Below the pieces are notes generated by a model. The model searched no databases and was not told where the DNA came from. It saw only the letters and a list, made by a program, of their open reading frames with translations. Shown here piece after piece: positions 25,046 through 37,544 of a stretch of 64,000 nt of DNA; the first letter of the stretch is position 1, and every line of letters starts with the position of its first letter. The translations under genes were made by a program, and so were the position numbers. The stretch comes from Carcharhinus amblyrhynchos (lineage: Eukaryota): contig OZ336870.1 in assembly GCA_965287045.1 (NCBI GenBank), forward strand, positions 15,190,001 through 15,254,000. The letters run 5' to 3'.

Positions 25046-25875
25046 AAAATATTTCAGATATGACAAACAAATAGGCCATTCTGGCTTTAGCGATGACTGA
25101 AAACCATGATTTATTAGCAATCTGATGACAAGGAAATATCTGGAGAATAGTGACTGTAACCAAGGTTTTAAATTAATGCCTGGGACTAAACGCAAACTAC
25201 CAACCTCCCATACGTGACCCATGCAGAGGGAAACAGCCTGCAGACACGCAAGAAATCTGTGACAAATCTGGGAAGGCCGGAGGCAGGATAAAAAGCTGAA
25301 TTATGGGACAGTTGGTTACAGTGGCTGACCTTGCAGTTGATGTCCTCATTCTATGAATGAATAAAGCAAATAAAGAAATTTTCAAGGGATGATAAACAAA
25401 TTGATTGCAGTAAACTGGGTTGAAATATTGATGTGCAAACCTTACACACCATCTGTGTGGGACGTATTTGTGATGATTCAGAATTCACATGTACATTGCA
25501 AATGGGTAAACCTCCATCTTCGCTTTAAAGCAATCATGGTCAACAAACAAAATAAAAGACAGTATTAAACTAAAATGATTATACAAAAGCAATTAAAAGC
25601 ATTAATCCAGAAGACTGGGAAAATTATATTTTAAAGACAAGAGCTACTAAAACAGGAAGTGCTTACATAGCCTTCCAGAAGGCGTTGGATGTGATCCCAT
25701 GTCGACAATTATCAAAAATTAAAGCACATTGAATTGACATAACCATTTGATATAGCTTGGTATTTAGTCATATGTTCTGACTCCAAGTAGGAATAAAGAG
25801 AATATTCTCTGTACGAAACGGCTTTCTGCATGCATTTGTACTGAGGCCTCAGATTTACACCTGAAATATCAATTA

Positions 25876-26055
25876 TTTATTTGGAATCACAAGCTTTCGG
25901 ATTGCTTCTCCTTCATCAGGTGAGTGCCAGCGCTCACCTGATTAAGGAGCAGTGCTCTGAAAGCTCATGATTCCAAATAAACATGTTGGACTTTAAGCTG
26001 GTGTTGTCAGACTTCTTACTGTGCCCATCCCAGTCCAATGCTGGATTCTCCACGT
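25876..26055. mobile_element. Penelope-like pseudo-LTR with inverted partial copy
   Basis: About 52-nt arm inverted repeat 25876-25981, each arm carrying a hammerhead motif, followed by aataaa..gttggacttt..ctggtgttgt..gacttcttactgtg. Confidence 0.7.
25887..25923 (-). ncRNA. Minimal type I hammerhead ribozyme motif
   Basis: Minus strand UCAC-CUGAUGA-A-GGA-gaagcaa-UCC-GAAAGCUU-GUGA: stem I UCAC/GUGA, intact CUGAUGA and GAAA boxes, 3-bp stem II, palindromic AGCU in place of stem III; activity untested. Confidence 0.6.
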
Positions 26056-26437
26056 TATCAGTTATTTGGATTAAAGACCAGGGAGTTTGTAGATCCAAGT
26101 TTACAATGCAAGGAGACACAGTGAGTTGTGTAGTTGGAAGCTGGAATTTAAAGGTTTACAATAGACAAAGTGAATGGACAAAACAACAAGAATCAAGGAT
26201 GCTGGAAATGCTTTGCCAGTGTCTTCCATTCTTGTTTCAGATTCCAGCATCGGTAGTATTTTGATTAATTGAGTTGGTCATCAGTGTGGGTAATTGCATG
26301 ATCATTTAATCTGGACATAAGAAAGAATAATTAGAATATTTTTTCAAGATGTGAAATTCTGGAATGCATGTCTTTTTCTGTTCCTATTGTAACAAATGTC
26401 ATCCATATTAACGTTGACATAATTGTTAAAATTACAG

Positions 26438-26657
26438 TACAAAACTAGCATAACCCCATGGGTTGGATTACGGAAAATCAATGTTTCATATTGGTGCTGG
26501 GAAGACATGTCACCCTTCACAAACACATCACTACAGTGGATGATGGAAGAGCCAAGTGATGCAGGATTCTGTGGTTATTTGGCAGAACCTAATTATGCTA
26601 GTTTGAAAGCAGCTACCTGTGTCAATCCAGTGAATGGAAGCGTGTGTGAAAGACCGG
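26438..26657 (+). CDS. ATRN: Attractin exon G (C-type lectin, C-terminal half)
   Basis: ttacag|TAC AAA ... AGA CCG G|gtaagt; YKTSITPWVGLRKINVSYWCWEDMSPFTN...EPSDAGFCG...NGSVCERP; 220 nt. Confidence 0.95.
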
Positions 26658-27089
26658 GTAAGTGTTCCAACAAGTTTTATTTACTCAATTTCGTTGGAGT
26701 GTTGTAATTTGTTATGTTGCATCACAAAGAACGAGAATAAATTTGATTAAAATGTGCAAGTGTAATAGGTTAGACATCACGACATGTCTATAGACTGGCC
26801 ACTGAGCAATAAAATTGTGCTTAAACTGCTGCATACTCCTTTTTGTCCTCTTGAATACTTAGCCCAGTTTTGGTTAGGGACCCAAGAGGATATTCTTGTC
26901 TTGACATCAGCACATTGAGGAGCCTAAAGGCTGACATTCTGTAAAGTAGTAAGTTCTGAAGAATCTTTGGAGAAATTGGGGTATTTCAATGTTGGGAAGA
27001 GGCAAGAGGGACATTGCAGAAATGTAGAGAAAAGGGGTAATAGAACAAGTGATGTAATTCTGCAACATTAGCTTTAAACCACTAAGCTC

Positions 27090-27965
27090 CCCCAACCTCC
27101 CACTGACTGAATGAATGTAACATTTCCAAGTTTGTGACACAAAACTGGGCTGAGTTGTGAGGAGGATTAATGGAGGCTTCTCAAGGTGATTTAGACAAGT
27201 TGAACGAGTGGGTAAGCACATGGCAAATGCAGTAGGAAGTGTCTAAATGTGAAGTTATACACTTCGCTGTGAAAAACAGAAAGGAAGAGTATTAGTTAAA
27301 TGGTGATATATTGGGAAGTATGGATATATGAAGAGGTCTGGATGTCCTTGTACACCAGTCAATGAAAGTGGAGAGGCAGATGCAGCAAGCAGTCAGGCAA
27401 ACCAAATGGTATGTTGGCAGTCATTACAAGAGGATTTAAGTTCAGAAGTAGAGGTGTCTTACTGCAATTATATAGGGCCTTGGTGAGACCACACCTTGAG
27501 TCTCCCTATCTAACATCAGATGCCATGGATTGAGTGCAGCAGAAGTTCGTTATGCTGATACCAGAGTTGGCGGTGCAGCCCTATGAACAGAGATGAGTTC
27601 AAATGGGCCTGTATTCACGAGTGTAGAAGGATGAGAGGAGATCTGATTGAAACATACAAAATTCTAACAGGGCTGGGTAGACTAGATGCAGGGAGGATCT
27701 TTTTACTGATTGGGGAATCTAGAACCAGGGGACACAGGATATTGGTGCAATCATTTAGGACTGAGATGTGGAACAATGTTTTCACTCAAAGGTAGTGAGC
27801 CTGTGGAATTCTGGACTCCAGAAGGCTGTGGAGGCCAAGGTAGCATCAATGGGCATGTGGAGAAATTGGAATATAGCATTGAGATGGTGGCCATGGTCAT
27901 TGAACAGCAGAGCAGGCTTGAAGGGCTGAATGGACTATTCCTGCACCTAGTTTCTGTGTTTCTAC
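27090..27965 (+). mobile_element. CR1 LINE 3' portion
   Basis: CRRMRGDLIETYKILTGLGRLDAGRIF...FRTEMWNNVFTQR and tail. Confidence 0.83.
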
Positions 27966-27974
27966 GTGGACTGT

Positions 27975-28880
27975 CGAGCCTGCCCTAACAATTATTCCAC
28001 TTCCCTGCCCATTCCCCATGTGCCTTGATTGACTGAAAAACCAAAAATCTTCCTCATCCTTAAATGTATTCAAGGATGGAATATCCAGAACCATTTGGAG
28101 CTAAGAATTCCAAACTCTTTGAGTGAAGAAATTTCTCCCCCTTCCCTCACTCTTAAATGATCGCCCACGTATCCTGAGACTGTGCTTCTGTGTTTTAGAT
28201 TCCCCTACAATTGGAAGCACTCTTTCCATCTGTCCTGGCGCCAAGCCACTTCAGAATCTTGTATGTTTCAACAGGATCACCTCTCATCTCAGGGACCAAT
28301 CCAGTGAACTCCCACTGCACTCCCTCCAGTGCAAGAAGATCCTTGCTTAAATATGGAGACCAAAACTGCAAATGGGTCACTCCTTTTGTGGCCTCACCAA
28401 ATCCCTGTACAGTTCCCTCTGATTATCAGCATTCCCCAGGGTTTCATTATTTAAAAAAAATCTGCTTTTTTATTTTTTACTTTTCAAAAACATAACTTCA
28501 CATTTCTTCACCTTGAATCCCATCTGCCAAGTTGTCCACTCATTAAATCTGTTTTCCTTTTCCTTCTTGCAGCGTTTGTACATCCTCCTCAGAGCTTACC
28601 ACCTGGCTTTGTCTTATCAATAAACTTGAATTCATTGCACGCAGCCATCTCATCTAAGTCACTATAAATAGCTGAGACACAAGCAGTGACTGTTACAGTC
28701 CCCCATTATAAGGGCTTGTTAAGTGGAACATGTCCCTTTTATTCCTTCTCTGTTTATTAACCAGTGCTGAATCCTTCCTAGTATATCCCCTAATCCCGTG
28801 GGCCCTGATTGTGTATAATAATGTCTTGTATGGTAACATATCAAATGCTTTTTGAAAATTTGAATGCACCTACAATATTA
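27975..28880 (-). mobile_element. Old CR1 LINE fragment, tail-to-tail with the previous one
   Basis: LQFWSPYLSKDLLALEGVQWEFTGL...RGDPVETYKIL. Confidence 0.78.
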
Positions 28881-29139
28881 TAAACCTGTATTGAAATAGC
28901 ACCTTTAACGTAACAACATACCCCAAAGCAGCTCACAGAGGCATTACAAAACAATGTCTCAGTTGTAGAAATGTTTACGTTACAATCCATTTCTTGCACT
29001 GTATCCAAGGTCTGGTCTGTACTGAGATGTAAAGCACTAACCATGGCCAGAGTCGCATTGTGTGTATTTTGTGTGTGCCAAACTTGTTTTTGTCCCTCAT
29101 CCGTGTTTTCATGATGCTTCAGCATACTGTAGAACATGA

Positions 29140-29400
29140 GGCAGCCTGGTGAAACAGTGGTTAGCATTGCTGCCTCTCAGCGCCAGGGACTCGGGTTTAG
29201 TTCCAAGCCTGGTTCAATTTTTCCTCTGTGTGCTCTGGTTTCCTCCCACAGCCTGAAAGACATGCTGGTTAGGTCTGTTGGCCATGATGAATTCTCCCTA
29301 AGTGTACCCAAACAGGTGCTGGAGTGTGGCAACTAGAGGATTTTCGCAGTTAGTCATTTGCATTGTTAATGTAACTTGTGACAGTAATGAAGAAACTTAA
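29140..29400 (+). mobile_element. V-SINE with alternative (non-CR1) tail
   Basis: HE1-like head/core followed by gtggcaactagaggattttcgcagt...gttaatgtaacttgtgacagtaat. Confidence 0.78.
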
Positions 29401-29437
29401 CCACATAAAGGAAATATTTGAGCAGATAGCTAAAAAT

Positions 29438-29695
29438 GTATTTATTAGTCACAAGTAAGGCTTACATTAACACTGCAATGAAGCTACTGTGAAAATCCCT
29501 TAGTCACCACACTTGGGCACCTGTTCGGGTCAGTGCACCTAACCAGACTGTCTTTCAGACTGTGGAAGGAAACCGGGGCGCCCGGAGGAAACACGCAGAC
29601 ATGGGAAGAAGGTGCAGAGTCCACACAGACAGTGACCAAGCCGGGAACCTGTGTCCCTGGTGCTATGAGGCAGCAGTGCTAACCACTGCTACCAT
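29438..29695 (-). mobile_element. V-SINE with alternative tail
   Basis: tttattagtcacaagtaaggcttacattaacactgcaatgaagctactgtgaaaatcc...gcagcagtgctaaccactg. Confidence 0.8.
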
Positions 29696-29699
29696 GAGA

Positions 29700-30010
29700 G
29701 ACATAGACTTGACAGAGTATCTTAAAGGAGAAAAGTAGGATGGAGAGACCAAGATTTAAAAAGGGAATTCTAGAACTTAGGGTCCTGGCAACTGAGGGCA
29801 TGGCCACTAATAGTGGATTAATTTAAAATTGTGGATGCTTAAGAGCAGAATTAGGAGACGTGCAGCTATCTGAGGATGGTAATGCTGCAAGAAATTGGGA
29901 GAGGTGAGGCCACTTTCGCTATGAAAGGGAGGCTGAGAATTTTAAAATGGAGGTATTGTTTAACTGACTGCCAGTGCAGGTCATTGAGCATGGGTGTAAT
30001 GAATGAATAG
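29700..30010 (-). mobile_element. L2-like LINE fragment
   Basis: Reverse complement resembles the L2-like 3' region at 42230-42600. Confidence 0.55.
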
Positions 30011-31119
30011 GACTCCTATTTATTTGGGATAAGGAATTTTCTCCTTGCTTATTAATGGATGTCAGATAAACTGTTTGATGTGTTGGAGAGGGATTGAGAA
30101 GTGTTGGTGAGATAAAGCTGGATGTTGTCGAGATACAAATGGAAATCAACATTCCTTTGGATGATGTCTCCATCCAAACGGGTCTATAGGTTCCCCCTCA
30201 TCTACTTGGTAGTTACAACCTGAACATGCCCATGAGATTTCACAACCATTGGTTTTAGTTTTATCTGTTGCGGTGCTGTGCTTTTTTTTTAAAGTTACAA
30301 TACCAACTGACTTCTTGCAAAAAAAAATTCAGAAATTCCAGTCAACTGACATTTCAGGTATGCTGCATTTTTTTTATAGAACTATAGCTACTAAATGTCA
30401 ATATACCTCAGCACGTATTTGCTGAAAATGTCACAAAGCAATTTTAATGGCTGAAAGACAGTGAAATTGCAGGGCTGTACTCGGGTAGCTTTATGCACAG
30501 AATTTGATGAGAATGGCTTTCAAAGTTTTGGCACGTGAACACTTTCTTGAGAGATGTGGGAACTTGGCAAAGAAGCAGGAAATTATAGGCTGGTCAGAAG
30601 AAAGACTTGTTTGAGCTATGAATTCATACATGCAAGCTTTAAGTTTTCAATACAAAGTGCAGGTGTGCAGTAGAAATTGTCACTGTCAGTGCAGTTTTTA
30701 GCTTGATGTGTGCAGGCTGTATTATAGGCATTCCATTGGACGTAGGGAGAAATGGCAATGAAATTGAAGGCTGATGAAGGCTTAATATGCAAGACACCCT
30801 CTGTATGATGTATTGTTGCTATTATTAACATCAATCAAAAGGTATTATTTTAAAATCAGAACTGTAAAATGCATTTTCCTTTCCTTCAAAAAAATGCAAA
30901 AATGACAAAATCAAAACCTGAGAACAACCAGAATAATGGAAATAATAGCACTGAGGATGAGGATGACGCTGACATCTGTGCATGGCTTTTCAAAATACAG
31001 GGCTTTGATTAAAAACAAATTTGCCTCATTATGGAAGAGATTAATGACAGAAGCTGTTGGACAATTTATAAATTTTAAAACCCCTTTGGACCTGGTCATT
31101 GTGATCCAAGAAAAAAGCT

Positions 31120-31505
31120 TTCTTTATTTACTTTGGGGGTGTGGACATCGCTGAACAGAACAGCATATATTGCGCAAGCCTGGTTGCCCTTGAGAAGATG
31201 GTGGTGAGCTGGCTTCCTGACCACTGCAGTCCCTGTGATGTAGGTGCACAGCCAGTGCTGTTAGGGAGGGAGTTCCAGGAATTTGATACAGTGACAGTGA
31301 AAAAAACAATGATATATTTCCAAGCCAGGATGGTGAGTGGCTTAGAGGAGAACTTCCCAGTGGTGGTGTTCCACTGCATCTGTTGTTCTTGATCTAGATA
31401 GTGGTTCTGGATTTGGAAGGCATTGCCTAAGAAACTTTGAGTTCCTGCAGTGCATCTTATAGATGGTGCACAGAACTGCCCGTGTTTATTGGTGGTGGAG
31501 GGATT
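31120..31505 (-). mobile_element. Second CR1/L2-group LINE 3' end
   Basis: LTILAWKYIIVFFTVTVSNSWNSLPNST; same family as 7640-8815. Confidence 0.7.
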
Positions 31506-31507
31506 AA

Positions 31508-31810
31508 TCATGGAACCCCTACAGTGCAGAAGGAATCCAACCAACCCATTGAGTCTGCACCGACTCTCCAGATCATCTTACCCAGGCCCTATCCTCATAA
31601 CCCCACATGTTTACTCACTAATCCCCTCAGCTACACATCTTGTGATACTAAGGGGCAATTTAGCATGGCCAATCCACCTAACCTGCACATCTTTAGACTG
31701 TGGGAGGAAACTAGAGCACCTGGAGGAAACTCAGGCAGGCGCAAGGAGAGTGTGCAAACTCCACAAAAACAGTCACCCGAGGCTGGAATAGAAGAATCCT
31801 GGTCACTGGT
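31508..31810 (-). mobile_element. HE1/V-SINE
   Basis: Reverse complement of the 24600 element. Confidence 0.82.
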
Positions 31811-32776
31811 GTGGTGGCTTCTTTTTATGACAATTGACAATGATTTTGTTGTCATTAGAGTTTAAATTCCACATTGTTTTTCAGTTGCGTATAAATTCCA
31901 CCATCTGCTGGGATGGGATTTGAACCCAAGTCCCCAGAGCATTACCCAGGGTGTCTTTTGTTATGATTACTGTTCAATTGACAATACCACTGCACCACCC
32001 GCCTCCAATTTTTATTTTCTTGTCACCTCTCCTAGTCTTTCCACATTAAAGCAAGCCAGTCTGAGCTGTATGGTATTTCTCAGAGATATCGAATTTACTT
32101 GAGGCTCCTTTCCAGTTGAAGTTGGCCCTAGATCTTTTGCTTTGGGCATCAAATAGAAGAAGTGGATGTTTGTTCTGCAAATCTGGTAGTGAATTATTCT
32201 CACCATGAAATCATTTCAGTTGTGTTTTGGGCTCCTGACTACTCAAAGGGTCTTAGCGATCTTGGAATTTTGATCTGGAGAATAACGGACATTTGAGAGT
32301 AATAAAGGAATGGTCTGGCGGCTCGGTGACTTTCTAAATTGGAACAGTAAATCTCTTTTATAATTGGCAAATGAACAAAGTGGTGAATTTGCCCTCTTAC
32401 GAATAGCATCTAACTCAAGTGTTAAGCCAACTAACCTCCCAAGGCATGGTTTACAGATTGTGAATTGACCTTAGCTTATGATTCTAAACAAGTTGCATTT
32501 TAAACACGTTTGTTCATGTCTGCTACCCAGTGAAATGACAATATAGTCGATTTGCCAGGCACTGTCTTTGTCTTTGAGGGTTTGGGAGGAAAAGGAGAAT
32601 TTTGGACAAGTTTGAAACAACATTGCTTTTTGGTTTATGTTGCTGTCAAGCTTTTGAAAAATGGCATTGAGGTTTGTTCTGACCATCCTCCAGCTGGAGG
32701 GAGGTGCATCAAAGTGAAAAGAGGTCCAAAAATTAAAATGTCGCTAAAATCTGTGTTATCTCTTTTTATTTCATAG

Positions 32777-32962
32777 CGAACCACAGTGCAAAGCAGTGTC
32801 GCACACCTTGTGCACTGAGGATAACGTGCGGCGAGTGTACCAGTGGCAATTCTGAGTGCATGTGGTGCAGCAACATGAAGCAGTGCGTGGATGCAAATGC
32901 TTATGTGCCTTCCTTTCCATTTGGCCAGTGTATGGAGTGGTACACCAAGACTGGCTGTCAGC
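32777..32962 (+). CDS. ATRN: Attractin exon H (PSI)
   Basis: tcatag|CG AAC CAC ... TGT CAG C|gtgagt; (A)NHSAKQCRTPCALRITCGECTSGNSECMWCSNMKQCVDANAYVPSFPFGQCMEWYTKTGCQ; 186 nt. Confidence 0.96.
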
Positions 32963-33024
32963 GTGAGTATAAATTAATTTCTTTTTGTCTTGCAATTGTC
33001 TATGGTCCATGCCACATATTAATA

Positions 33025-33367
33025 GACTTTTTTTTAATTCATTCGTGGGACATGGGCTTTGCTGGCTGTGGCCAGTATTTATTGCCCATCCCTACTTGCC
33101 CAAGGGCAGTTGAGAGTCAACCACATTGCCGTGTCTCTGGAGTCACATGTAGGCCAGACCAGGTAAGGACAGCAGATTTCCTTCCTAAAGGATATAAGTG
33201 AACCAGATGGGTTTTTCTGACAATTGATAATGGTTTCATGGTCATCAGTAGATTCTTAATTCCAGATTTTTTTCTATTGAATTCAAAATCCACCATCTGC
33301 CACGGCGGGATTTGAACCCAGGTCTTCAGAGCATTAGCTGAGTCTCTAGATTAATAGTTGACTCCCC
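33025..33367 (-). mobile_element. tRNA-derived SINE of a second family (possibly DeuSINE/SacSINE-like), sharing its tail with the second LINE family
   Basis: B box gggttcaaatccc on the minus strand; core gtccttacctggtctggcctacatgtgactccag; tail gggatgggcaataaatactggcc; other copies at about 31810-32005, 48725-49260, 59250-59765. Confidence 0.7.
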
Positions 33368-35543
33368 TGATTTGGATTTTCAATTGTAGTTAATTATTTT
33401 TCCAGGTGGCATTTTAAAAAATGTAATTGAAGCGCTCAAGCAATTTACTTTTCATCCCTGTATTAAGGAATCTTATTTTGGTGAATCTCTGGATATTCCA
33501 AGGCTTGTATTTATACCAGTGGTGAAATTTTATTTTTTGTCTAAACTCTCCATTTTACAAAACAACATTTCATTCTCATTCTTTGTATTTGCTGCCCCAA
33601 AAACTGGTTCCCTAGCATCATAGTTTTTAACTTTTTATGTCATGATGAACCTACAGGTGGACCTTGCTTCCCCCTTTGGTCCAAAAACCCCCTTCCAAAG
33701 TAAGTTATACCATAACCCAAAAATCATAAGGAGAGCCATTGCTGTATACACCGGTCATTGGATTGTGTTATATCCCACCATATACTTTGAACAGTAAACT
33801 GAGTAGCCCTCCCAGCTAGCCAAAACGCAAGCATCCGAAGAACAGTTGATTGTCTTTACATGAATTAGCTGAGCAGAGTTTTCAGAGGAATTTTTCTCAC
33901 ATCTTGCTTTTCTCTAACTATCTTAGGTGTTAAACTCTGTTTCGGTCTAGAATTGAATTCTAAACCATTCAGCATTGCAGCTTGTTACTGTAGGTTACAA
34001 GCATGCTTGCTGACTTTTGCCTCCATCTCTGATGCTCGTTGAATGCCTTCCATGCATATACTGGTGATCTAGTAGAAAATCAATAATCATTTAACATAGG
34101 CCACAATCTGTTTACAGATTGTCAGGCGGGAGGTGCCTTTCCTTTGTCCTATTTTATGACAATTGTACAAGTTTTCCTTCCATCATTCCTGGTCGAGCTT
34201 TTGTATACCCTTTCTATACCTTGATTATCATGCTTAAAAGCTTTCCTTCCGTATATAATCAAAAATGTCCCATATTGTGAAGGTAATTTGCATAGCGACA
34301 ATGAAGATGATTATCTTGTACTCCTGGTGGCTGCCATCGCTGTTGTTCCATGAAAAATAAAGTTGCATGAATGTTGCATTGCTGCTGAGGAATGTTAGGT
34401 GGTGCCCTGATAATATCCATTTGTATGCCTTGGATTCGAGCTGTTTTATCCCAGATTCAGGCTTCATTTCATTGCAATTGACCTTATCGAGGCACCATTG
34501 TCTGAGCAGAGAGTTTCAATTAGAGTATCTAATTGTGTAATTTTATAATGGCAGCAATCATGTTGTTGACAGATTAAACATTTAAGTGATGAAATTATGT
34601 TTCTGCATGTTGCACAACACCAAAGTTAACAATGTTCAATTATCACAATTATACATGGAATCAAAGATGCAATAAGGGAGTCCTGGCATCCTTAGAAGTG
34701 ACTTTGTTTACCACAGCATCAATTTTATTTGAAGTTTGATGCATTGGGAGATTATTTTGATTTTTAAAGACTTTGGCAATGACTGTGAACCTGGTGCTCA
34801 AGGTGAATGATGTCATTGCTGAAATATGGCTCTAGTGCAGAATCCAGTGTCATCACCAGGCAATGGTTGGATTAAATTTATACAGAACCAAAGAATTCAG
34901 CTCCAAGTGCTAAGCTATCCCTTGCATCATCTCCATTATCTCTCGCAGAAATTGTGGCCATTCCTAGTTAGACTGTCAGTTTAATGTCAAACCCTGACAA
35001 TTTTATTTAGTGTTTATATACCCACATATTCAATCCCATTTTGTTCCATGGAAGTCTTGTGCAGTAAGTTTCAAATAGTTCGCAAATTGAAAATCCCCTC
35101 TGTTAAAGGTGAAAAACCAGTATCCAATGACTGAACTACCTGTATGCCCCATGAAATTCAAAAGTTGACTTTCATGTTAAATGAAACCAGATGAATAAAC
35201 TCATACTGTTTGACTTGGGTTCGCAATCGTTCTTGTTAGCAGCAGTTCAAATCTTTTTCTTAAGAAGAATCATTAATCTCTACTTGGAGATGCAAGATTT
35301 GATCACGGATAGTCAGCATGGCTTTGTCAGAGCGAGGTCATGCCTAACAAATTTGATTGAATTTACCGAGGAAGTGAGGGTGTGTGGAGCAGAATAGTGC
35401 AGCTGATGTACAAAGAAAGAACAGAAAATAATACAGCACAGGAGTATAAAAGTTAGGGAGGTTATGTTAGTGCTGCAGGCCACAGCTGGAATTCTTCTCA
35501 CCTCACTATAGGAAGGATATGATTGCACCTCCCCACACCCAAT

Positions 35544-36925
35544 CATAGAACATAGAACATTACAGCGCAGAACAGGCCCTTCGGCCCACGATGTTGCGCC
35601 GACCAGTTTAAAAAAAAACAACAATGACCCACTAACCTAAACCAATCCCTTTTCGTCCATAAACCTATCTACAGACCTCTTAAACGCCCCCAGACTAGGC
35701 GCATTTACAACTGCAGCAGGCAGGGCATTCCAATCCCTCACCACCCTCTGGGTAAAGAACCTACCCCTGACATCTGTCCTATAACTACCCCCCCTTAGTT
35801 TAAAGCCATGCCCCCTCGTGCTAGATTTTTCCATTAGAGGAAAAAGGCTATCACTATCCACCCTATCTAAACCTCTAATCATCTTATATGTTTCAATCAG
35901 ATCCCCTCTTAGCCGCCTTCTTTCCAGCGAAAACAACCCCAAATCCCTCAGCCTCTCCTCATAGGATCTCCCCTCCATACCAGGCAACATCCTGGTAAAC
36001 CTCCTCTGCACCCTCTCCAAAGCCTCCACATCCTTCCTGTAATGTGGGGACCAGAACTGCACACAATACTCCAAGTGCGGCCGCACCAGAGTTGTGTACA
36101 GTTGCAACATAACGCTACGACTCCTAAATTCAATCCCCCTACCAATAAACGCCAAGACACTGTGTATGCCTTCTTAACAACCTTATCTACTTGATTCCCA
36201 ACTTTCAGGGATCTATGTACACATACACCTAGATCCCTCTGCTCCTCCACACGATTCAAAGTCTTCCTGTGAGCCCTATACTCAACACATCTGTTATTCC
36301 TACCAAAGTGAATTACCTCACATTTCTCTGCATTAAACTCCATCCGCCACCTCTCGGCCCAGCTCTGCAACCTGTCTAAGTCTTCCTGCAAACTATGACA
36401 CCCTTCCTCACTATCTACCACACCTCCGACTTTGATGTCATCAGCAAATTTACTGATCCACCCAAATATACCCTCATCCAGATCATTAATAAAAATCACA
36501 AACAGCAGTGGCCCCAACACAGATCCCTGAGGCACACCACTTGTAACCGAACTCCATGATGAATATTTACCGTCAACCACTACCCTCTGTCTCCTATCCG
36601 CTAGCCAATTCCTAATCCAGTTCCCTAGATCACCCCCAATCCCATACATCTGCATTTTGTGCAGAAGCCTACCATGGTGAACCTTATCAAACGCCTTACT
36701 AAAATCCATATACACCACGTCCACTGCCTTACCCCCATCCACCTCTTTGGTCACTTTCTCAAAAAACTCAATAAGGTTAGTAAGGCACGACCTACCCGCC
36801 ACAAAACCATGCTGACTATCTCCAATCAACTCATTACTCTCCAAATAACTATAAATCCTATCCCTAATAATTTTTTCCAAAACCTTGCCCACAACAGAAG
36901 TGAGACTCACCGGTCTATAATTCCC
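35544..36925 (-). mobile_element. Young 5'-truncated CR1 LINE, RT domain with a single frameshift
   Basis: 320-aa and 172-aa ORFs (SQHGF, YMDFSKAFDKV, GVPQGSVLGP, FADD) offset by a 2-nt duplication near 36160; (TTCTATG)n tail. Confidence 0.95.
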
Positions 36926-37544
36926 GGTCTATAATTTCCTCTGCCTATAATCCTCTGATCCCTTACCCCTGTTATGCAGCTCAGCAGTGCCAGGGATCAG
37001 CTATTTTGCTTGCTCCTACACTTGGCAGCTATGATAAAATTTGAGTCCCAGCCAGGTATTTATTCTTGGAGTGGGCCCTCTTGTCAATGTTGAAGCAATT
37101 CTCCAGGCTTTACATCTGCATTTCTTCTATTCCTGTAATATTTGTGGCCCCAGCTTGTTTTGTACTGCCAGTTATTGAGTAAATTCCCCGTAATGTTCCT
37201 CTTTATTTTTGTTTATATTTAGATTTTAGCTTCTCCCCTCTTCTGATAATATTGGTAGGAATTCTGTTGTGCAAGTGGTGCTAATGTAAAATGAATCATA
37301 TCATATAAGGTGTGTTTAAACCTCTTTTACAGTCTGCTAATACCACCAGTGATGGAGGATCTCTGTGTTAGTACTTGGAAGCATTAGTACAATATAATCA
37401 ATATCAAAATCTGAATCTACAAGCATGCTCTGCCTTGTTTCAAGTGAAGTTTAATAACTTGTTTCAGCATTCACTGTGTGCTCTCCATTGCATTCTTGGC
37501 TTAATTGTCCCTCAGTCCTCCTCTTTATTGTGTGGGTCTGTTTC

